Shown: piece after piece, positions 5,907 through 13,846 of the stretch
Numbering within the stretch: the first letter of the stretch is position 1
Layout: each line of letters starts with the position of its first letter
DNA from: Gemmatimonadales bacterium
GTDB lineage: Bacteria; Gemmatimonadota; Gemmatimonadetes; Gemmatimonadales; GWC2-71-9
Direction: 5' to 3'
Length of the DNA stretch: 35,498 nt
Assembly (NCBI GenBank): GCA_035688895.1
Contig: DASSML010000079.1
Span: 1-35,498 of the forward strand
Translations under genes and position numbers: made by a program
Notes under the pieces: generated by a model
Seen by the model: only the letters and a program-made list of their open reading frames with translations
Databases searched by the model: none
What the model was told of the DNA's origin: nothing

Positions 5907-8597
5907 TCACCCCGCCGAGGCAGCGAAGATGTGCTGGAGGTCCCGGGCGCTGCGCGCGCGACTCCGGGCCTGCGCCGCGTAGGGGCCGCCGGGATCGAGC
6001 TGCACCACCCGCTCCCAGGCCGCGACCGCGCGGTCGTACTGCCGCTGGCGCGCCAATGCGGCGCCCTGGTGGTACAGGGCGCCCGCGTGCTCCGGGTCGA
6101 AGCGAAGCACCCGGGCGAAGGCCTCGAGCGCTTGCGTGGTACGGCCTTCCTCGAGCAGGGTGGCGCCGAGTGCGGTGAGAGCCTCCAGATCGTAGGGGTC
6201 GGACTCCAGCAGGCGGATGAGCACGCCGATCGCGCGGGTCGGGCCGTCGGTGCGGCGCAGCAGGTCGGCCAGCGCCAGCGCGGCGGCGGAGTAGGTCGGG
6301 AGCAGATCGAGGGCCCGCTCGTAGGCGGCGCGCGCCGAAGTCGCGTTGCCGCGCTCTTCCTCCAGCCCTCCCAGCTCGAACCAGACCCGGACCAGCGAGG
6401 GGTCGAGCTGCAGCGCGGCGTTGAATGCGGCAAGCGCGGCCGAGCGATCGCCCAGGCGGGATGAGACCTGGGCCTGGAGGTGGAAGAGGTCGGGGCGGCC
6501 GGGCGCGAGCACCTGGGCCTCCCGGATGCAGTCGAGCGCGCCGAGCGCGTCACCCACCGCCAGCCGCACCCGCGCCCGGGCGACCAGTACCTCGACGTCG
6601 CCCCGCACCCGCAAGGCCAGCTCGTCGGCGAGCGGCGCGGCGTCGCCGGCCCAGCCCAGCGCCAGGAGTGCCCGGATCTCGCCCAGGGTGGCGTCCGGAT
6701 CGTCGGGTGCGGCGGCCCGCGCCTCGCGGTAGCGCTCGAGCGCCTCCCCGTAAAGGCCACGCTTGGCGAAGATGTCGCCCAGCAGCACCGCGGTCGTGCT
6801 GCGCGGTGCGCCCCGTCCCCCGGCCCGGCTCAGCTCGGCCATGGCCAGGTCGAGGAGTCCCTTGGCGATGTAGTCGCGGGCGAGATCGAGCGCGTCGCCC
6901 GGCGCCGCCGCCGGAGCCCCGGCCGGCGCCGGGGGCGCCAGCTCCTCGAACAGACGATCGAGCACCGGTGCGTCGAAGCTGAACTCGCCGGCCAGGTCCT
7001 CGCCCGTGCTCTCCGCCGAGAGCTCGGGCGCGATGGCGATGGTCGGGTCTTCGTACTGCAGATCGATCGTGAGCGAGAACTTCTGGGGCACGTAGAGCGG
7101 CTCGAGCTCCAGCGCGCGCCGGGTCTCCCGCAGGGCGGCGTCGAAGTCGCCGAGCTGGCTCAGCACGAAGCTCAGGTTGTAATGGGCGGCCGCGAAGGCG
7201 GGGTCGGCATCTACCGCCCGACCGAAGGCGTTGCGGGCATCCTCATAGCGCCGGAGCTCCATGAGGACCAGGCCCACGCCGTTCCAGGCCACGGCGCTGC
7301 CCTGCTGCTCGGTGAGCGCCTGCTGATACTCGCCGAGCGCCGAGCGGAACTGCCGCCGCTGGAAGTAGAGCAGTCCCAGGTTGAGCCGCGCGGCGAAGAG
7401 CGGTCGCTCCCCGGAGATCGCCTCCCGGAACGCCGCTACCGCCGGGTCGGCGCCGGCCTCGTGCGCCCGGGCCACGCCCAGGTTGTTCCAGGCCAGCTGG
7501 TACCCCCGGTCCACCGCCACCGCGTGCTCGTAGGAGTCGACCGCCTCCGCCCGCCGGCCCGCCTGGTGCAGGCAGACGCCGCGCTCGTTCCACAGCTTGG
7601 GGCTATCGGCGTATTCCCGCACCAGTCCGTCGTACAGCTCGAGCGCCGCGCCCAGCTCGCGCCGAAGCAAGTGCACCTCGGCCATGGCCTGGAGGTTGAG
7701 CCGCCGATCCTCGCCGGCCTCGAGCGCGAGGCGGTACTCCCGCAGTGCCTCGTCGTGGTAGCCCTTCTGCCGGAAGGCGAGTCCGAGATTAAAGTGGGCC
7801 AGCGGTGCATCGGGCACCGGCTGGGGCGTCTCGGCGCGGACCGCGTCGCCCGCGTGCTCGCCGGGCCGACCGTCGTAGCGGTCGAGGGCCAGGTTCGCCT
7901 GCGCCCGGGCCAGCGTCGGGTTGAGCGCGATGGCGCGCTTGGTCGCCTCGCGCGCGGCCTCGTGCTGCCCCAAATCGCCGTACACGAAGGCGAGCAGATA
8001 GTGCGCTTCGGCGTAGTCCGGATTCCGGGCGATCGCTTCCTTCAGCTCGGCCAGGGCTGGCTCGTTGAGCCCCCGGTTGTACAGCACCTCGCCGTAGTAG
8101 AAGCGCGCCACCGCGCTCTGGGGATCCTGCCGGCAGGCCCGCTCGAGCCAGGCGCTGGCCTGGTCGAGCTGACCCAGCGCCTTCTCGGCGAGGGCCAGCT
8201 GGACCATGGCCGGAACATCGTGGGGATGCCACGCCAGGAGGGCGTCGAACTCGGCGATCGCTTCGGCGTGACGGCCGAGCGCGGCGTACGAGCGGGCCAG
8301 CTCCCAGCGCCCGTCGCGGTCCTCCGGGCTGAGGCGCACCCGCTCGCGCAGCTCGGTGATGCGCCGGTCGTAGTGCCCGCTCTCCCGGTAGGCGATGTCG
8401 AGGTTGGCCTGGGCCACCTGCATCTTGGGATCGAGCTCGAGCGCCCGGGCAAAGGCGAGTATCGCCTCGTCGGTCAGGCCCTTCTGATAGTAGAGGACGC
8501 CGAGGTTGTTGTGCGCGCCCGCATCGGACGCGTCGATGCGTCGCGCGAAGGAGCGCAACACCGCGAGATCGCGCTCCGACAGCACGGGGGCGGGCAT
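5907..8597 (-). CDS. Large tetratricopeptide-repeat (TPR) protein, 896 aa
   Basis: The 34-aa TPR pattern runs throughout, for example AHNNLGVLYYQKGLTDEAILAFARALELDP, AEAHYLLAFVYGDLGQHEAAREATKRAIALNP and AHFNLGLAFRQKGYHDEALREYRLALEAG. ATG at 8597. Gaps to both neighbours are 3-4 nt. No other domain is recognisable by eye. Confidence 0.9.
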   Translation of the reverse strand: MPAPVLSERDLAVLRSFARRIDASDAGAHNNLGVLYYQKGLTDEAILAFARALELDPKMQVAQANLDIAYRESGHYDRRITELRERVRLSPEDRDGRWELARSYAALGRHAEAIAEFDALLAWHPHDVPAMVQLALAEKALGQLDQASAWLERACRQDPQSAVARFYYGEVLYNRGLNEPALAELKEAIARNPDYAEAHYLLAFVYGDLGQHEAAREATKRAIALNPTLARAQANLALDRYDGRPGEHAGDAVRAETPQPVPDAPLAHFNLGLAFRQKGYHDEALREYRLALEAGEDRRLNLQAMAEVHLLRRELGAALELYDGLVREYADSPKLWNERGVCLHQAGRRAEAVDSYEHAVAVDRGYQLAWNNLGVARAHEAGADPAVAAFREAISGERPLFAARLNLGLLYFQRRQFRSALGEYQQALTEQQGSAVAWNGVGLVLMELRRYEDARNAFGRAVDADPAFAAAHYNLSFVLSQLGDFDAALRETRRALELEPLYVPQKFSLTIDLQYEDPTIAIAPELSAESTGEDLAGEFSFDAPVLDRLFEELAPPAPAGAPAAAPGDALDLARDYIAKGLLDLAMAELSRAGGRGAPRSTTAVLLGDIFAKRGLYGEALERYREARAAAPDDPDATLGEIRALLALGWAGDAAPLADELALRVRGDVEVLVARARVRLAVGDALGALDCIREAQVLAPGRPDLFHLQAQVSSRLGDRSAALAAFNAALQLDPSLVRVWFELGGLEEERGNATSARAAYERALDLLPTYSAAALALADLLRRTDGPTRAIGVLIRLLESDPYDLEALTALGATLLEEGRTTQALEAFARVLRFDPEHAGALYHQGAALARQRQYDRAVAAWERVVQLDPGGPYAAQARSRARSARDLQHIFAASAG

Positions 8598-8601
8598 CGG
8601 C

Positions 8602-9222
8602 TCAGGTCAGGCGAATGGCGTCGAAGATGGCCCGGAGCGAGGGCATGTCGGGCAGGAGCAGGAAATGGCCCATCAGCGGCGCGGCGGTGTTCTCCACCCG
8701 GAACGAGGTCTCCACGCAGAAGACGTAATCGCGGGCATGACCGAAGTTGAGGTAGGCGCTGGTCAGGACCGCCGCGCTCAGGTCCACCACCAGACTGGGG
8801 ACCGAGGGGACCAGCATCATGCCCATGAAATCGCTGAGCGCATTGAGGTACGCGCTGGCGAGGATGTTGCCGGCTTCCTTGAGGCCCGATTGCTCCATGA
8901 TCCCGAACTCCTGGGTGCTCCCGGGCTCGCGGCGCATCAGTATATCACACAGCGCGCGGGCGGAGTCGGCCTGGAACAGGACCAGGGTGCGGCCGGTGAG
9001 ATCGCCCATCATGTGCATCAGGACGGCAGCCATCACCTCGTCGCCACGCCCGACCAGGTCCGTCACGTCCTCCAGCGCCCGCACGTTGACCTCCGGCACG
9101 GCGATCATGATCGTGCGGTTGGTCATCTGCGACAGCGCGGTGGCCGCGTGGCCGGCCCCGATATTGGCGACCTCCCGCAGGGCGTCGAGCTGCAGCTCTT
9201 TCAGCTCCCGGACGTCTTCCAT
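8602..9222 (-). CDS. cheC: CheC-family CheY-P phosphatase
   Basis: A 206-aa ORF. Both CheC active-site motifs (D/S-x3-E-x2-N-x22-P) are intact: DALREVANIGAGHAATALSQMTNRTIMIAVP and SGLKEAGNILASAYLNALSDFMGMMLVPSVP. A GGAGGAG Shine-Dalgarno sequence precedes the ATG at 9222. Confidence 0.9.
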   Translation of the reverse strand: MEDVRELKELQLDALREVANIGAGHAATALSQMTNRTIMIAVPEVNVRALEDVTDLVGRGDEVMAAVLMHMMGDLTGRTLVLFQADSARALCDILMRREPGSTQEFGIMEQSGLKEAGNILASAYLNALSDFMGMMLVPSVPSLVVDLSAAVLTSAYLNFGHARDYVFCVETSFRVENTAAPLMGHFLLLPDMPSLRAIFDAIRLT

Positions 9223-9233
9223 AATTCTCCTCC

Positions 9234-11066
9234 CTACAACAGCGCCGCGGCGTCGAGAATGAGCGCCGGCGCGCCGTCGGCGAGAATCGTCGCTCCACCC
9301 ACGAAGGGCGGCATACCGGTGGGCGCGTCGAACGGCTCGACCACGATGTCCTGCTGACCCGCCAGGGCGTCCACCACGAGCGCCGTCCGACGGTCACCCA
9401 GCTCCAGAATTACGGTGGGCGCGCGCGCAGCCGGCGCCCCGCCGTCTCCCTGCACCAGCTCGCGGAGGTGCACCGTGGGCACCACCTGGTCGCGCACCAG
9501 GAGGGCTTCCCGGTCCCGAACCGAGGTGACGGCGCGGGGATCGAACTCCACCGTCTCCGCCACGTACGCCAGCGGCACGGCGTAGCGCTCGTTGCCGGCC
9601 CGGGCCAGAAGCGCCCGCACGATCGCGAGGGTGAGCGGCACGCGCACGGTGAACGTGGTGCCCCGCCCCAGCTCGCTCCGCACCTCCAGGGTGCCACCCA
9701 GCGCCCGCACCCGGGTCATGGCGACGTCCACTCCGACGCCGCGTCCCGAGACCCCGCTCACGGCCGCCGCGGTGCTGAATCCCGGCCGGGCCAGGACCCG
9801 GAGCAGCAGGTCGTCGGTCAGGGTCTCGGTGCTCGCGTCGGCCAGCCCCTCCCGCTTCGCCTTGGCCAGGATCGCCGCCCGGTCGATACCCTTGCCGTCG
9901 TCGGTCACCCGGAGGGCCACGCTGTTCCGCTCCCGCGCCGCCGAGAGCAGGATGCGCCCTTCCTCTGGCTTGCCCTGGGCCGCCCGGACGTCGGGCCGCT
10001 CGATGCCATGATCGGCCGCGTTCCGGACCAGGTGAAGCAGCGGCTCCCCGATCTCGTCCAGCACCGACCGGTCGAGCTCGATGTCCTCTCCCTCGGCGTC
10101 GAAGCGGATCCGCTTGCCGAGATCGCGGGCCAGGTCGCGGACCAGGCGGGGGAAGCGCTCGAACACCTCGCCCACGGGCGTCATGCGGGCGGCCAGCACC
10201 TCGCCCTGCATCCCCGCCACCAGGCGGGTGACCCGATCGCTCACCTCGGCGAGGTCGGCGTCGCCCGACGCGACGGCCAGCGCGGCCAACCGATTCTTGG
10301 CGACCACCAGCTCGCCGACCTGCTTCATCAGGGCGTCCAGCCGAGCGAGATCCACCCGGATCTGGCGGCCGCGCTCGGCGGTCTCGGCGGCATCGACCGG
10401 ATCGCCGATCGTGACCAGCGCGACCTCCCCGGTGCGTCGGATGATGCGCTCGATGTCACCGTCCGTGGCCAGGGTGGCGAGGCGGAAGCCGAACCGGCCG
10501 TCGAACTCGTCGCGCTCGAACGCCGCTGCCGGTGGCCGGAGGGCGGACACGGCGCCCAGCGGCTCCAGACGGGCCAGGATCAGCGAAGCGCGGGCGCCCC
10601 GCATGACCGCCTCGCGGCGCAAGGTGACTTCCACCGCGCGGGCCCGCGTCGTCTCGGCGGGCCCGATCGCGGTCGCCGCTTCGGTCCCCTGGCCTCCCGC
10701 CACACGGTCGAGCTCCGCCGTGAGCTCCGGGTCGGCAGCGGCATCGGCCCCTCGGGCGGCGTTGTCGACCCCGGTCCCCAGCGCGTCCACCGAGCGGAAG
10801 AGAAGCTGGAAGACGGTGGAGTCGGCGGTCACCCGGCCGCCGCGCAGTGCGTCGAGCAGGTTCTCCAGCCGGTGCGCCAGGTCGGCCACGCCGGCGTAGC
10901 CCATCGTCGCGGCCATGCCTTTTATCGTGTGCACCGCCCGGAACAGTCCGCCCACCGGTGAGCGCGATTCGGGGGCCCGCTCCCACTCGAGCAGGAGCTG
11001 GTTGCACCCGTTCAGGTGCTCCCGGCTCTCGTTGAGAAAGAGCGCGGCGTACTTCGCCAGATCCAC
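9234..11066 (-). CDS. cheA: Chemotaxis histidine kinase CheA (Hpt-dimerisation-HATPase-CheW domains)
   Basis: A 610-aa ORF with a GTG start. P1 is FRAVHTIKGMAATMG and P3 is IRVDLARLDALMKQVGELVV. The HATPase boxes are HLVRNAADHGIE, VTDDGKGID and GVSGRGVGVDV. The C-terminal CheW-like P5 domain is YAVPLAYVAETVEF...IVVEPF. Confidence 0.95.
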   Translation of the reverse strand: MDLAKYAALFLNESREHLNGCNQLLLEWERAPESRSPVGGLFRAVHTIKGMAATMGYAGVADLAHRLENLLDALRGGRVTADSTVFQLLFRSVDALGTGVDNAARGADAAADPELTAELDRVAGGQGTEAATAIGPAETTRARAVEVTLRREAVMRGARASLILARLEPLGAVSALRPPAAAFERDEFDGRFGFRLATLATDGDIERIIRRTGEVALVTIGDPVDAAETAERGRQIRVDLARLDALMKQVGELVVAKNRLAALAVASGDADLAEVSDRVTRLVAGMQGEVLAARMTPVGEVFERFPRLVRDLARDLGKRIRFDAEGEDIELDRSVLDEIGEPLLHLVRNAADHGIERPDVRAAQGKPEEGRILLSAARERNSVALRVTDDGKGIDRAAILAKAKREGLADASTETLTDDLLLRVLARPGFSTAAAVSGVSGRGVGVDVAMTRVRALGGTLEVRSELGRGTTFTVRVPLTLAIVRALLARAGNERYAVPLAYVAETVEFDPRAVTSVRDREALLVRDQVVPTVHLRELVQGDGGAPAARAPTVILELGDRRTALVVDALAGQQDIVVEPFDAPTGMPPFVGGATILADGAPALILDAAALL

Positions 11067-11070
11067 CGGG

Positions 11071-11433
11071 TCAGCCCAGGACCCGCTGGACCGCTTCGAG
11101 CACCCGCGACGGCTGGAACGGCTTGACCACGAAATCCTTGGCCCCCGCCTGGATCGCCTCGACCACGAGGGCCTGCTGCCCCATCGCGCTGCACATGAGG
11201 ATCTTCGCGTCGGGGTCGTTCTTGCAGATCTCCCGCACCGCCTCGATCCCGCCCATGTCGGGCATGACGATGTCCATGGTCACGAGGTCGGGCTTGAGCT
11301 GGCGGAACTTCTCCACCGCCTGGAGCCCGGACTCGGCCTCGCCGACGATCTCGAAGCCGGCCTGGCTGAGGATGTCGCTGATCATGGTGCGCATGAAGAT
11401 GGCGTCGTCGCAGACGAGCACGGTGTGGCTCAC
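11071..11433 (-). CDS. cheY: Single-domain response regulator CheY
   Basis: A 120-aa ORF reading VLVCDDAIFMR...PDLVTMDIVMPDMGG...ILMCSAMG...DFVVKPF. It has a GTG start with a GGAGG Shine-Dalgarno sequence 7 nt upstream. Confidence 0.93.
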   Translation of the reverse strand: MSHTVLVCDDAIFMRTMISDILSQAGFEIVGEAESGLQAVEKFRQLKPDLVTMDIVMPDMGGIEAVREICKNDPDAKILMCSAMGQQALVVEAIQAGAKDFVVKPFQPSRVLEAVQRVLG

Positions 11434-11463
11434 GAGCTAGCCTCCAGAACAGGGAGTGGCCGG

Positions 11464-11913
11464 CTATTGCCCCGCCGAGCCTCCGATGATCGGCGCGAAC
11501 AGCGCGTCGATGTCGAGCAGAATGAAATGCTGGTCGTCGCGCACGCCGACGGCCTTGACCAGCCGAGGGTCTACGCCGGGAAGCTGCGCCCGGGCGGCGA
11601 CCGACCGCTCGGGCACCTCGAGGAAGTCGAGGACCTGTCCGACCGCGAGCCCGTAGCGGCGCTGCCCGACCTGGAGCAGGATGATCGCGCCCTCGTCGTC
11701 GGCCCGGCGGGCCTGGGACAGGAGAACGTGACCGTCGAGGACCGTGAGCAAGGTGCCTCGGACGTTCACCAGTCCTTCCACCGCCTCGGCGACTCCGGGA
11801 ATGCGGGTAGCCGGCAGACGGGGGAGGATCTCCCGCACGATCCCTGCCGGGGCCGCGCAAATCAGCGCACCGATGCGAAAGATGACGGCGTGGAGGGTCG
11901 GGGAGTTAGCCAT
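11464..11913 (-). CDS. cheW: Chemotaxis coupling protein CheW
   Basis: This is the internal ATG (11913..11911) of track ORF 11464..12279. The 149-aa product reads MANSPTLHAVIFRIGALICAAPAGIVREILP...IPGVAEAVEGLVNVRGTLLTVLDG...ILLQVGQRRYGLAVGQVLDFLEVP...ILLDIDALF. The part of the track ORF upstream of this ATG overlaps rluD in another frame. Confidence 0.88.
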   Translation of the reverse strand: MANSPTLHAVIFRIGALICAAPAGIVREILPRLPATRIPGVAEAVEGLVNVRGTLLTVLDGHVLLSQARRADDEGAIILLQVGQRRYGLAVGQVLDFLEVPERSVAARAQLPGVDPRLVKAVGVRDDQHFILLDIDALFAPIIGGSAGQ

Positions 11914-12934
11914 CTCTATTAAAGAAAAGAAGATACCGAAGGGGGTCAGGGCGAGCAACCAGATCTTCGCCAGCGATGACGTGCAATGCACTGCGCAAAT
12001 CGGACGGCCAGTCGGCCTGGAATTCCAGCGGCACGCCGGTAGCGGGATGGCGGAATGCCAGAGCCGCCGCGTGAAGCGCCTGACGAGGGGTCGCGCGCTC
12101 CAGCGCCTCGGCGTCCCGGCGCGCCGCCCCGGACACCCGACGGCTCCCCCCGCCGGTGTAGACCGGATCGCCAACCACGGGGTGGCCGGCGTGCTCGAGG
12201 TGGACCCGGATCTGGTGAGTCCGCCCCGTGTGGAGCTCCAGCCGGAGGAGATCCACCGACCCGAACCGAGCCGCGACATAGGCGTCGGTCCGTGCCGGCC
12301 GACCTGCCGGCTGGACCGACATCCGCTTCCGGTCGCGGGGGTGCCGAGCCAGGGGCGCCTCGATCACGGTGGGGCTCTGGTCCAAATGTCCCCAGGCGAG
12401 GGCCGCGTAGGTGCGCTGGACCCGCCGAGCGGCGATCGCGGCGCCGAGCCGCCGGTGAGCCAGGTCGGTCTTGGCGACGACCATCAGGCCCGAGGTGTCC
12501 CGGTCGAGCCGGTGCACGATGCCCGGGCGTCCGGCGATGCCGCCACCCAGCGCGGTACCCCGGGCCACGAGGGCGTTCACCAGGGTGTCGTCCCAGTGCC
12601 CCGGGGCGGGATGCACCACCAGTCCGGCCGGCTTGTCGAGCACGGCGAGGTGCTCGTCCTCGAAGACGATGGTGAGGGGAATGTGGGCCGGGCGGAGCTC
12701 CCGCACGGGCTGCCGCTCCTCCAGCCGGACCTCGACCGCGTCCCCCCGCTGGAGCGTCTGGCTGGCGCGCCCGGGACGGCCGTTCACCCGGACGGCGCCG
12801 GCCGCGACCAGGCGGGCCGCCTGGGTGCGGGAGAGACTCAATTGGTCGGCGAGATAGCGATCGAGCCGCTCGGTGGCGGCCGTCAGGACGGAGAAGGCGA
12901 TGGTGAGCGCGACGGGAAGCCCCGCCTCGGTCAC
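11906..12934 (-). CDS. rluD: 23S rRNA pseudouridine synthase, RluA/RluD family
   Basis: The GTG at 12934 overlaps the lspA TGA (GTGA). The S4 domain is RLDRYLADQLSLSRTQAARLVAAGAVRVNG and the catalytic motif is HRLDRDTSGLMVVAKT. HTGRTHQIRVHL is also present. The TAA at 11906 overlaps the cheW start by 8 nt. Confidence 0.9.
   Translation of the reverse strand: MTEAGLPVALTIAFSVLTAATERLDRYLADQLSLSRTQAARLVAAGAVRVNGRPGRASQTLQRGDAVEVRLEERQPVRELRPAHIPLTIVFEDEHLAVLDKPAGLVVHPAPGHWDDTLVNALVARGTALGGGIAGRPGIVHRLDRDTSGLMVVAKTDLAHRRLGAAIAARRVQRTYAALAWGHLDQSPTVIEAPLARHPRDRKRMSVQPAGRPARTDAYVAARFGSVDLLRLELHTGRTHQIRVHLEHAGHPVVGDPVYTGGGSRRVSGAARRDAEALERATPRQALHAAALAFRHPATGVPLEFQADWPSDLRSALHVIAGEDLVARPDPLRYLLFFNRDG
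11909..11940 (-). promoter_or_regulatory. AT-rich patch at the rluD 3' end and cheW start; candidate internal promoter or translation-initiation region for the che-mgl block
   Basis: The minus strand reads GGTATCTTCTTTTCTTTAATAGAGATGGCTAA. This is the only strongly AT-rich run for kilobases. The last rluD codons (TAT CTT CTT TTC TTT AAT AGA GAT) break the otherwise GC3-dominated codon usage. TTTAAT/TAATAG lies 4-6 nt before the cheW ATG. Confidence 0.3.
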
Positions 12935-13479
12935 TCCGCGTCGTGTCCCTGGAGCACCGGCGCCGCGGGCGGCTCCGGCTGGCGCACGTCCTCGCGCCAC
13001 ATCGAGACCACGAGCGCGATGGCGCCGCAGCTCACGGCGATGTCGGCCACGTTGAAGGTCGGCCACCGCAGGGCGCCGATGCCGACGTCGAGGAAGTCGA
13101 CCACGCCACGGGTGCTGCGGACCCGGTCGATCAGGTTGCCCGCGGCGCCGCCGGCGACGAGGCCGAGCGCCAGCTGCCGGAACCAGTCGCCGGGAGGACT
13201 GGTACGGGACATCCGCCGCAGGACGACCACGGCCACGATGGCGACCGTGAGGAAGATCCAGCGGGAGTAGGGCCCCAGGTGCAGCCCAAAGGCCGCCCCC
13301 TGGTTGTACACCAGGCGGAGCTGGAACCAATCGCCCAGCACCGCGATGCCCGGGGTCCTGAGAAGTACCGCCTCGGCCACGATCTTGGTGATCAGGTCGA
13401 GCAGGATGACGACGACGGCGGCGATCCAGAAGATCCGCCGCTCCGCCCCGGGCGCCGCTGGATCAGCGGCGCTTTCCAT
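12931..13479 (-). CDS. lspA: Lipoprotein signal peptidase II
   Basis: A 182-aa ORF with LVYNQGAAFG, GGAAGNLIDR, FNVADIAVSCG and four hydrophobic segments. The ATG at 13479 is preceded by a GAGGAAG Shine-Dalgarno sequence. Confidence 0.93.
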   Translation of the reverse strand: MESAADPAAPGAERRIFWIAAVVVILLDLITKIVAEAVLLRTPGIAVLGDWFQLRLVYNQGAAFGLHLGPYSRWIFLTVAIVAVVVLRRMSRTSPPGDWFRQLALGLVAGGAAGNLIDRVRSTRGVVDFLDVGIGALRWPTFNVADIAVSCGAIALVVSMWREDVRQPEPPAAPVLQGHDAE

Positions 13480-13846
13480 CTTCCTCTTTCTCCTTGCAGG
13501 TGATGCACAGGCGCGCGTGCGGCAGGGCGTCGAGTCGCTCGAAGTTGATCTCCTGGCCGCACTGATGGCAATGGCCGAACTTCTCGGGATTGCCGTACAG
13601 CCGGCGCAGTGCCTCGTTCACGTGCCAGAGGTAGCGACCCTCCTGCGAGGCGAAAAGAAACTGCTTCTCCCGCTCCATGGCGTCGGTCCCCTGGTCGGCC
13701 ATGTGGAACGAGTACGACGAGAGATCGCCGTCGGAGGACTGCAGCGTCGCGTTGAACGACTCGTCGTAGTAGCCGAGCTCCTTCATCACCCGGGCTCGCT
13801 CCTCCAGCAGTCGCTTCTCGAGATGTGTCAGCTGCTTCTTGTTCAT
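13463..13846 (-). CDS. DksA/TraR-family C4 zinc-finger protein (YlyA-like position)
   Basis: This is the internal ATG (13846..13844) of track ORF 13463..15118. The 127-aa product reads MNKKQLTHLEKRLLEERARV...HMADQGTDAMEREKQF...FGHCHQCGQEINFERLDALPHARLCITCKEKEE. It has an ATGA overlap with the ileS stop. Confidence 0.88.
   Translation of the reverse strand: MNKKQLTHLEKRLLEERARVMKELGYYDESFNATLQSSDGDLSSYSFHMADQGTDAMEREKQFLFASQEGRYLWHVNEALRRLYGNPEKFGHCHQCGQEINFERLDALPHARLCITCKEKEEDGKRR

Noticed and set aside
6480-8750. Very long plus-strand ORFs antisense to annotated genes. Examples are 6480..8750 (756 aa), 19104..21998 (964 aa), 27221..30148 (975 aa), 23937..26015 (692 aa), 15592..17304 (570 aa), 1061..2902 (613 aa) and 2632..4299 (555 aa).
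   Set aside because: Their translations are Arg/Gly/Pro/His/Asp-rich low-complexity strings with no family motifs. The opposite strand in each case encodes a protein with unmistakable signatures (TPR array, DUF2723/CdaA, histidine kinase, FtsH/Hpt, IleS, DnaA-like/MglA). Long shadow ORFs are expected at this GC content because stop codons are rare.
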